A stretch of 62,227 nt of DNA from Mollicutes bacterium. Its GTDB lineage: Bacteria > Bacillota_I > Bacilli_A > RF39 > UBA660. Where the stretch lies: the NCBI GenBank assembly GCA_012520055.1, contig JAAYPA010000020.1, forward strand, positions 1 to 62,227, read 5' to 3'. Shown here in pieces: positions 50,038-57,653 of this stretch; position 1 is the stretch's first letter; each line of letters begins with the position of its first letter. A model generated the notes under the pieces. The model made no database searches. It saw nothing but the letters and a program-made list of their open reading frames with translations, and was not told the origin of the DNA. The position numbers and the translations under genes were made by a program.

Positions 50038-51447
50038 ATGAAAAAGTTTTGGGAAAAGCATGATTTAGTAAAAATAGCTGGTATTATGGTCTTATTCGTA
50101 GTATTACTTTCTTGGGTAATTCCTCAAGGATACTGGAGTGGATCAGAATTAATGGTTAGTGATATTACCAGAGTAGGTATTTTTGATTTCTTTACCTATG
50201 GATTATTAGGTATATATTATTTCCCTGTAGTTGTAACTTTCTTATTTCTTTTAGGAGGTTTTTATCAATTACTTGGAAAAATTAAAGGATATCAAAGATT
50301 AACTGATGGTGTTGCTAAGACATTTAAAGGTAATGAAATTCTATTTGCTTTATTAGTTTCATTCTTCATTGCTGCGTTATCAGCAATTATTAATGATAAC
50401 TTTGTAGTACTAGCATTCATTCCATTCTTTATAACAGTTTTATCTAAATTGAAACTAGACAAATTAACAGGAGTTGCTATTACATTTGGCTCATTGTTAA
50501 TCGGTATGTTAGGTTCAGTTTATGGTCAAAGTGTTGCCGGAGTAAATGCCAGTGAATTAAGTGCTGATTATAATACCTTTTTATGGGTAAAATTAGCATT
50601 ATTCGGAGCTGCTTTTGTAATCTTTAATTTATTCAATGTTTTACATATTAAAAAAGTATTAAAGAATAAAAAAGCTGATTTAATAGAAGATACATTTAAA
50701 TCTGAAGAAATCACTAAGCCAAAAACAATATGGCCAGTAGCTACAATTTTAATATTATTTGTTATTATTACTATTATGGCTTACTTACCATGGAGTAAGG
50801 CTTTAGGAGTAGATATTTTTGAAAAAGCTACTACTTGGATTAAAGAGGTAGAAATCTTAGATTCACCAATCTTTGCTTATATCTTTGGATCTACTGATGC
50901 CTTTACATCATTCGGATCTTGGGATTTATTTGGTATTCAAGTAGTAATGATGGTAGCTACTCTATTTATTAAATTAGCATATAAAGTTAGTTGGAATGAT
51001 TATTTAACTGCTTTTGGTGAAGGATTAAAGAAATCAGGTAAATTAGTAATTATTTTACTTGTTTGCTACAATATTGCAGCATTTTCTGTAATGTTCCCAG
51101 TTATACCAACTGTTATTGATTGGTTAATGAATTTATTAGATAAATTCAATGTAATCTTAGGAACAATTGGTGGATTTATTACTTCACTGTTCAGTGTCGA
51201 ATATCGTTACACTGTTCAATTGGTAGGAAAATATTTCATCACTAATTATTCAGAATTTGCTAAACAATCTGCTCTAATGTTACAATCTACTTACGGATTA
51301 GCTTCATTTATTACACCAGCTTCAGCATTCCTGTTCATAGGTTTATCTTATGTAGGAGTAAGCTATAAAGACTGGTTTAAATATATTTGGAAATTCCTAG
51401 TAGCTATGTTTGTAGTTATTGTAATATTGATGTTAATAATATTTTAA
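50038..51447 (+). CDS. Polytopic membrane transporter, YfcC/DcuC-like family (putative)
   Basis: About 12 TM helices. The N-terminus 'VLLSWVIPQGYW' resembles YfcC-family starts. Confidence 0.55.
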   Translation: MKKFWEKHDLVKIAGIMVLFVVLLSWVIPQGYWSGSELMVSDITRVGIFDFFTYGLLGIYYFPVVVTFLFLLGGFYQLLGKIKGYQRLTDGVAKTFKGNEILFALLVSFFIAALSAIINDNFVVLAFIPFFITVLSKLKLDKLTGVAITFGSLLIGMLGSVYGQSVAGVNASELSADYNTFLWVKLALFGAAFVIFNLFNVLHIKKVLKNKKADLIEDTFKSEEITKPKTIWPVATILILFVIITIMAYLPWSKALGVDIFEKATTWIKEVEILDSPIFAYIFGSTDAFTSFGSWDLFGIQVVMMVATLFIKLAYKVSWNDYLTAFGEGLKKSGKLVIILLVCYNIAAFSVMFPVIPTVIDWLMNLLDKFNVILGTIGGFITSLFSVEYRYTVQLVGKYFITNYSEFAKQSALMLQSTYGLASFITPASAFLFIGLSYVGVSYKDWFKYIWKFLVAMFVVIVILMLIIF

Positions 51448-51493
51448 ATGTGAAAAAGATGTTAGTTATTAACATCTTTTTTTATGGAAGTAA

Positions 51494-51522
51494 TTGACTT
51501 ATGTATAAACATTTGCTAAAAT
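51494..51522 (+). promoter_or_regulatory. Sigma-A promoter of the pheST leader
   Basis: TTGACT, 17-nt spacer, TAAAAT. Confidence 0.65.
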
Positions 51523-51529
51523 CAAAAGA

Positions 51530-51741
51530 ACAAAACGCAATGAATATATATAGTAATTATAAGTATATATTTAAAGAGAGTAGATATTATTAGCTGAGAG
51601 TATCTATAAATGAGTACATATAATGAAGTTCAATATAGGAGCGTTATTCGCATAATCAGCGTTATTGATTAAAGTGCATGAAATCATGAAGTAAGGTGGT
51701 ACCGCGGGAGTTATCTCGCCCTTATATTTATGATTTTTTTA
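51530..51741 (+). promoter_or_regulatory. T-box leader, Phe specifier (UUC)
   Basis: Conserved T-box sequence 'aaggtggtaccgcg' at 51693-51706, an 'agagag' AG-box-like element, and candidate specifier 'gaa-TTC-a' at 51629-51632. A long helix 51681-51690/51727-51736 is followed by a T-run as terminator. It lies directly upstream of pheS. Confidence 0.8.
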
Positions 51742-51756
51742 TTGGAGGAAATGGAT

Positions 51757-52767
51757 ATGAAAGAAGAATTAAAAAACTTAGTTGAAATGGCTACTGAAGA
51801 AGCTAAAAGTATTAAAACGGAGAATGATTATTTAAATATTAAATCTAAATATTTAGGTAAAAAAAGTAAATTATCCGAATATATGAGTAGTCTTAAAGAT
51901 ATGACGGTTGAAGATAAGAAGAAGTATGGACCATTATTTAATAAAATTAAAAATGATTTAGAAGCTTTATTTACTAATTATTATGAAAATGCTATTAATG
52001 GAGAAGAAAAGATTACTTTTGATCCAACTATCCCAGCTGATGAAAAAAATGGATCTCTTCATCCGGTAACTATTGTAGCAAAAGAAATTACTGATATTTT
52101 AAAAAATATCGGATTTATGGTATTAGAGGGACCAGAAATGGAATCGGATTACTATAATTTTGTGGCTTTAAATGTTCCCAAAAATCATCCGGCTCGTGAT
52201 ATGCAAGATACTTATTGGTTAGATAATGGAGCATTACTTCGTACTCATACTAGTCCTGTTCAAGCTAGAGCTATGGAAAAATATGGAGCACCTATTAAAA
52301 TGTGTGTTCCAGGTAGAGTATTCCGTAATGAAGATTTAGATGCTTCTCATGAAAATACTTTCTTCCAATTAGAAGGCATGGTAATTGATAAAAATATCTC
52401 AATAAGCAATGTTATTTATGTTATGAAGGGTATGCTTAGAGAAGTTTTTAAACAAGATGTTGAAGTTCGTTTAAGACCGGGATTTTTCCCATTCGTCGAA
52501 CCGGGATTTGAACTAGATTGTTCATGTACAATATGTAATGGTAAAGGATGTCCGACTTGTAAAAACAGTGGTTGGATAGAATTATGCCCATGTGGTATGG
52601 TTCATCCCGAAGTACTAAAAATGAGTGGTGTAGACCCCGAAGAATATACCGGATTTGCTTTTGGTTTAGGTTTAACCAGAATGGCTATGATGAAATATAA
52701 AATTAGTGATATAAGAGGATTTAATTCTGGTGATTTAAGATTCTTAGATCAGTTTAATGTTAGGTAG
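51757..52767 (+). CDS. pheS: Phenylalanine--tRNA ligase alpha subunit
   Basis: 'HPARDMQDT', 'FRNE', 'GFAFGLGLTRM'. SD ggagg lies 8 nt before ATG 51757. Confidence 0.96.
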   Translation: MKEELKNLVEMATEEAKSIKTENDYLNIKSKYLGKKSKLSEYMSSLKDMTVEDKKKYGPLFNKIKNDLEALFTNYYENAINGEEKITFDPTIPADEKNGSLHPVTIVAKEITDILKNIGFMVLEGPEMESDYYNFVALNVPKNHPARDMQDTYWLDNGALLRTHTSPVQARAMEKYGAPIKMCVPGRVFRNEDLDASHENTFFQLEGMVIDKNISISNVIYVMKGMLREVFKQDVEVRLRPGFFPFVEPGFELDCSCTICNGKGCPTCKNSGWIELCPCGMVHPEVLKMSGVDPEEYTGFAFGLGLTRMAMMKYKISDIRGFNSGDLRFLDQFNVR

Positions 52768-52775
52768 GTGAAAAT

Positions 52776-55112
52776 ATGAAAATATCTTGTAATATATTAA
52801 AGAAACATATTAAAAACAGTGATAAAATTGATTTTTTAAATATTTGGGATAAATTTACCATTCGCAGTGCTGAAGTTGAAGGCATTGAAATTAAAGGTCA
52901 AAACTTTGATAATGTCGTAACAGCTAAAATTATTGAATGTGAAAAACATCCTAAATCAGAAAAATTATCAATCTTAAAAGTTGATACTGGAGAAGAAGTA
53001 TTACAAATTGTTTGTGGTGCTCCCAATGTAAGAGTAGGGCTTATTGGTGCTTTAATCAAAATTGGTGGTCATATTGATGATATTACAATTTCTAAAAGAC
53101 CTCTTGTGGGTATTGATTCTTATGGTATGATGTGTAGTGGAAAAGAACTTGGTATCAGTGATGATCATTCCGGAATCATCGAACTTCCTGAAGATACTCC
53201 GATTGGTATTGATATTAAGAAAATATTACCTATTGAAGATATTATTGTTGAAATTGATAACAAATCTCTTACTCATCGTCCTGATTTATGGGGTCATTAT
53301 GGTATAGCCAGAGAAATAGCTGCAATAACTGGAACAGAGTTATTGCCTTTGGAACTTGCCGATGTTAATTATGATGGTAAAGAATTAAATGTAACAATTG
53401 AAAATCCCGATCTTTGCTATCGTTATACCAGTTTAAAAATTGATAATATTAAAAATAGTAAGACACCTTTATGGATGCAAATATTTTTATATTATGCTGG
53501 AATGAAAAGTATTAACTTAACTGTTGATTTAACAAACTATATTATGCTTGAGTTAGGCCAACCAATGCATGCTTTTGATTCCCGAAAGGTTAATAATATT
53601 GAAATCGGTTTAGCTAAAGCCGGAGATAAATATACTACCTTAGATGGCATTGAAAGAACATTAACTGATCATGACTTAATGATTAAAAATGATAGTAAGT
53701 ATATAGCTATTGCCGGTATTATGGGTGGATTAGACAGTGAAATCATAGATGATACTGACTCTATTATTTTAGAAAGTGCTTGTTTTGAAGCATCTACAGT
53801 TCGTAAAACTGCTATATCTCAAGGCCTACGCACTGAAGCATCTACCCGTTATGAAAAAAGCTTAGATCCAAACTTAACTATCATAGCTTCCAAAAGATTC
53901 TTAAGACTATTAAAAGATGAGAATCCTGATCTTACTTTAGGTTCAGCTCTAACTGATGTTTATCCTAATGAATTTAAAGAAAAAGAAGTTATTTTAAATA
54001 AAAGTTTACTATATAGATACTTTGATTTTGAACTAGAAGATGAAGCTGTTAAACACATTTTAGAATCGTTAGAATTTAAAGTAGAAATAAAAAAAGATTA
54101 CTTTAAAGTTATTGTTCCAACTTTCAGAGCTACTAAAGATGTTACGATAGCTGCTGATTTAATTGAAGAAATTGGTCGGATTTATGGTTATGAAAACTTT
54201 GTACCTAAACCAGTAAAAATGGATTTAAATTTTGTTAAACAAGAACCGGCTTATGATGAAGGTTATATAGTAAAAAACTATTTAGCTACTAAATATAACT
54301 GCCATGAAGTTCATACTTATTTATGGAATAAGACAAGTTTCTTAAAAGAAATTAATATCACAAAAGATAACGTAAAATTACTTGGTAAAAGCGAAGATAA
54401 TATTTTAAGAGATGATTTAAATTTAAGTTTACTTGAAGTAGCTTTTAATAATATTAAATATTATGATGAATTTAATATTATGGAAATCGGTACAATTATT
54501 AAAGATAATGAAAATCATAAGATGTTAAGTATCTTATTATGCGGACCACAAAAAGATTTGAAAAATCTTTATAATAAAGCTAAAGAAATGACTGTTAATA
54601 TCTTAAGAAATTTAAAAAACAAAACACCAATCTTTGATTTTGGATCATCAGAAACTTATTATAATCAAGATTTAATTCAAGATATTATTGTTGATAATAA
54701 TATTATCGGACAAATAAAAACATTTAATAAAAATGTTAATAATAAGATAAGTAAAAAGCATACTTTTGTAGTTTTAGAAATTGACTTTGAAAAATATCTA
54801 AATTTTGATTTAGATAAAACTAATTACCAAGAAATTAGTAAATATCCATCAACTGAACTTGACTATACTATCATCATGAAACGTGGTGAGTATTACGACA
54901 AACTATCTAAAATTTTAGATGAGTTTACTAGCCCGATTATCATAAATCGCAAATTAGTAGATATTTATTTGGAAGAGAAAACTAAAAAAATTACGATAAG
55001 ATATATTGTTGGTTCAAAAGAAAAAACCCTAACAAGTGAAGAGTTACAAAACTTTAAAGATGAATTTATTAAATTCTTAATAAAAAATGAATTGAATATC
55101 GTAAAAGAATAG
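52776..55112 (+). CDS. pheT: Phenylalanine--tRNA ligase beta subunit
   Basis: tRNA-binding N-domain ('HPKSEKLSILKVD'), B3/4, B5 and FDX-ACB domains. Confidence 0.95.
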   Translation: MKISCNILKKHIKNSDKIDFLNIWDKFTIRSAEVEGIEIKGQNFDNVVTAKIIECEKHPKSEKLSILKVDTGEEVLQIVCGAPNVRVGLIGALIKIGGHIDDITISKRPLVGIDSYGMMCSGKELGISDDHSGIIELPEDTPIGIDIKKILPIEDIIVEIDNKSLTHRPDLWGHYGIAREIAAITGTELLPLELADVNYDGKELNVTIENPDLCYRYTSLKIDNIKNSKTPLWMQIFLYYAGMKSINLTVDLTNYIMLELGQPMHAFDSRKVNNIEIGLAKAGDKYTTLDGIERTLTDHDLMIKNDSKYIAIAGIMGGLDSEIIDDTDSIILESACFEASTVRKTAISQGLRTEASTRYEKSLDPNLTIIASKRFLRLLKDENPDLTLGSALTDVYPNEFKEKEVILNKSLLYRYFDFELEDEAVKHILESLEFKVEIKKDYFKVIVPTFRATKDVTIAADLIEEIGRIYGYENFVPKPVKMDLNFVKQEPAYDEGYIVKNYLATKYNCHEVHTYLWNKTSFLKEINITKDNVKLLGKSEDNILRDDLNLSLLEVAFNNIKYYDEFNIMEIGTIIKDNENHKMLSILLCGPQKDLKNLYNKAKEMTVNILRNLKNKTPIFDFGSSETYYNQDLIQDIIVDNNIIGQIKTFNKNVNNKISKKHTFVVLEIDFEKYLNFDLDKTNYQEISKYPSTELDYTIIMKRGEYYDKLSKILDEFTSPIIINRKLVDIYLEEKTKKITIRYIVGSKEKTLTSEELQNFKDEFIKFLIKNELNIVKE

Positions 55113-55147
55113 TGATAAAATAAATATGTATTTAGGAGAGATTTATT

Positions 55148-55606
55148 TTGAAAAAAGAAAAACCTACTTGGAAAGATTGACCAACTATAATCAATAAAAT
55201 ACCAGAAGATGATACATTATTGTTTTTTATAGACGAAAGTGGTGAAGGTACACTAAGAAAAATTAACCAAGCTTTTGTTGAGAAAGATGAAAATAAAGAA
55301 TTCAGTCAAAGACATGATATATATATTTTAAATGGAATAACTATAACTGGTAAAAATCATTATTATCTTCAGAATAATTTAAATAAAATTAAAAGAAAAT
55401 TATACGAAAACATAAAAGCAGTTTACTTTAGAAAAAAGTGGACTCAATTAAAAAATGGGAAATGTATTACTACTTCGGGTATTGAGTTAGCTGATTTAAC
55501 AATATCTCCTATAAGAAGAATTTTACATGCAGAATATTTAATTATCGAAAGTAAATTTTTACAATATCCTTTTTATAGAAATAGAGGATTATCATTTATA
55601 GAATAA
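55148..55606 (+). pseudogene. DUF3800-like gene interrupted by an in-frame TGA and apparently shortened
   Basis: SD aggag lies 9 nt before TTG 55148. It reads 'LKKEKPTWKD' then TGA (55178-55180) then 'PTIINKIPEDDTLLFFIDESGEG...GIELADLTISPIRR'. The 'DESG' and 'ADL' elements are typical of DUF3800. Confidence 0.5.
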
Positions 55607-55644
55607 AAAAAGCAATTATAGATTAAATTGCTTTTTTATTTTTA

Positions 55645-55773
55645 AAAAATAACCCCACCTCTAAGAGTGGGTCGGCGGCATAAAGCAGGCCTACGTAATT
55701 AGAAAGGAGGTGAATAATAATGTTGAAAGAACATTAATTTTCACTCTCATATCCATGGAATAATCCATGGACA
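55645..55773 (-). ncRNA. Candidate small RNA (about 130 nt) containing a 14-nt copy of the 16S rRNA 3' tail
   Basis: Minus-strand promoter (see next feature). A 5' hairpin uccaugga-uuau-uccaugga and a second hairpin uaauguu-cuuuc-aacauua. A single-stranded 'UCACCUCCUUUCUA' and a GC-rich 3' hairpin cccac(u)cu-uag-ag(g)uggg followed by a U-run at about 55645. Confidence 0.4.
55752..55771. repeat. Perfect palindrome TCCATGGA-ataa-TCCATGGA
   Basis: Read directly. It could be the 5' hairpin of the candidate sRNA or an operator for the adjacent HTH protein. Confidence 0.8.
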
Positions 55774-55778
55774 CTTAT

Positions 55779-55807
55779 ATTATATGCATTTTGGCATAAA
55801 AAATCAA
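55779..55807 (-). promoter_or_regulatory. Sigma-A-type promoter for the candidate sRNA
   Basis: On the minus strand: TTGATT (55807-55802), 17-nt spacer, TATAAT (55784-55779). Confidence 0.5.
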
Positions 55808-55880
55808 GAAAAATAAAAAGCTTTACTTTTGTTAGTTAATAAGTTAGAATATAATTAGAATAATATTAACAGGTGATAAT

Positions 55881-56843
55881 ATGAGAAAAACCGTTGGTGA
55901 TAACTTAAAACTATTTAGAATTAGATCAGGATTTTCAATGGCTGCTGCCGGTGAAGCTTTGAGTATTTCGGCTCCTGCTATCTTAAAATATGAAAGAAAT
56001 CAAATTATTGCTTCATTAGAAAGATTACAAGACTTTGCTAATCTTTATAATGTTACGATTGAAGATATTCTTGATGTTGAAGAAACTATTGATATTAAGT
56101 TTATGAATTTTAAATGTCATAATCGAGTTTCCGATATTAGAAAAATTAAGATCAAAGATTTAATTACTATTAAAATTGAAGCATATTTTCATTTATTAAA
56201 ATTAGCCGATATTACCTATCAAAATAAATTTGGTGTCCATATGGTTAATACTTTAGAGGAAGCAGAAAGTTTAGCTACTAAATTAAGAATTTTCTTTACG
56301 ATTCCTCTAAAAGATCCTATATCTAATTTAGTTTATTTATTAGAAAACAATAATATTATGATTATTACATTACCTAAGAATAAAGTGACAGAAGGTTTTA
56401 TTGGTTATTATGAGATAATCAATAATGTTCCGATTATTGTAGTTCCTCAGGCAGAAAACAGTTATGAACAACGTTATAGTATTGCTAAGTATTTAGGTGA
56501 ACTTTTAATTGTTAATAATACAAAAAAAGATCTTCTTACTACTCAGTTTGCTTTGTCTTTACTTATTCCAAAAACAGCTTTATTAGAAGAATTTGATGAC
56601 AAGAGAGTTAAGATAGATTTTAGAGAAATAGAAATCTTCAGTAATAATTACCGGGTAAGCTATAAACATATAGTTCAAAGATTAAAAGATAGTCATATTA
56701 TTACTCCAAGTAATGCTAAATATTTAAACATTCATATTAATAAAAATAATATAAAAGAAAATGAATATTATGAAGTACCTTATGTTTACGATAAATTAAA
56801 AGCTAAGCTTAGTGCTAAAGGTATATTAAAAGTAAGGAAGTGA
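55881..56843 (+). CDS. XRE-family HTH fused to an ImmA/IrrE (M78)-like domain lacking the HExxH motif
   Basis: HTH 'FSMAAAGEALSISAPAILKYERNQ'. The C-terminal 'EQRYSIAKYLGELL...QFALSLLIPKTAL' aligns to the 'R.RFT.AHELGH...FA..LLMP' pattern, with KYLGE in place of HELGH. Confidence 0.65.
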   Translation: MRKTVGDNLKLFRIRSGFSMAAAGEALSISAPAILKYERNQIIASLERLQDFANLYNVTIEDILDVEETIDIKFMNFKCHNRVSDIRKIKIKDLITIKIEAYFHLLKLADITYQNKFGVHMVNTLEEAESLATKLRIFFTIPLKDPISNLVYLLENNNIMIITLPKNKVTEGFIGYYEIINNVPIIVVPQAENSYEQRYSIAKYLGELLIVNNTKKDLLTTQFALSLLIPKTALLEEFDDKRVKIDFREIEIFSNNYRVSYKHIVQRLKDSHIITPSNAKYLNIHINKNNIKENEYYEVPYVYDKLKAKLSAKGILKVRK

Positions 56844-56847
56844 AGAA

Positions 56848-57561
56848 ATGAAAGTAAGAAATATTATTAAATTTGGGATGATTGGTATTTTACTATTAGT
56901 AACAGTATCTTATTTCTTAGTTATAGGTTATAATTATAAAATTAAAGAAAAAGCCTATGATTACTTAAATACACAAGGTTGTAATGAGCAAAGAATTGAA
57001 AAAATAGAGGTAAGTTTTGATTATAAGAATTTATGGAAATTTAAAAATCCTTGGCATATCAAAGCTAACGTTTATGGTAAATATGAATTGATTTTGATTT
57101 ATAAAGGTAAAAAAATTGGCATTGATAAACAAACTGATCAAGATTTGATTAATAGATTAAATGATAAAAATTTATGTAATCAAGAAGAAGATTTGTATGG
57201 AAAAGAATCTAATATCCACATGCAACCTAATTTAATCAGTATGGTTATATCTGACTATGTAAATAACAAAGCGAAAATAATTATTTATAATAAAACCGGT
57301 AGTACTTATACATATGGTGGAGATTATAGCCTAGAATATTATAAAGATAACAAATGGTATCAAATTATACCTTTAAATGAACCGGTATTTGATATGATGG
57401 GTTATCAAATACCGTCGCTATCATCAGCAGACTTAGAAATCGATTTCAGTACTTATTATGGCAACTTACTTCCGGGAAAATATCGCGTTATTAAAGAACT
57501 TACTCTTAAAAGTGATTCTGAGAAAACCGTATATGCGGAAGCTAGATTTGATATAGTTTAA
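56848..57561 (+). CDS. Membrane-anchored protein with a DUF3139-like N-domain and an Ig-like (Big_14-type) C-domain
   Basis: TM; 'YLNTQGCNEQRIEKIEV'; C-terminus 'IIIYNKTGSTYTYGGDYSLEYYKDNKWYQI...LLPGKYRVIKEL'. There is a 4-nt gap after the HTH gene. Confidence 0.55.
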   Translation: MKVRNIIKFGMIGILLLVTVSYFLVIGYNYKIKEKAYDYLNTQGCNEQRIEKIEVSFDYKNLWKFKNPWHIKANVYGKYELILIYKGKKIGIDKQTDQDLINRLNDKNLCNQEEDLYGKESNIHMQPNLISMVISDYVNNKAKIIIYNKTGSTYTYGGDYSLEYYKDNKWYQIIPLNEPVFDMMGYQIPSLSSADLEIDFSTYYGNLLPGKYRVIKELTLKSDSEKTVYAEARFDIV

Positions 57562-57653
57562 AATACGTACATTTATTTGACATTTAGACTCTAAATGTCT
57601 TTTTTTTATATCCAGATAATGCTATAATTCTTATAGAAAAGGTAGGAATCTTT

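Noticed and set aside
55650-55700. tmRNA or SRP RNA fragment ('cataaagcaggcctacg' is faintly like a tmRNA pseudoknot region)
   Set aside because: There is no tRNA-like acceptor/T-arm, no tag reading frame and no SRP domain IV motif. The similarity is only a few nucleotides.
55695-55715. Fragment of a 16S rRNA gene (minus strand 'tcacctcctttcta')
   Set aside because: Identity is limited to the 14-nt tail. The expected upstream 'ggctggatcacc' and helix 45 sequence are absent, and the flanks are AT-rich non-rRNA sequence.
55720-55737. Erm/cat-type antibiotic-resistance leader peptide (MLKEH)
   Set aside because: No resistance gene or downstream ORF is positioned to be controlled by it. The next gene starts about 145 nt away behind its own promoter.
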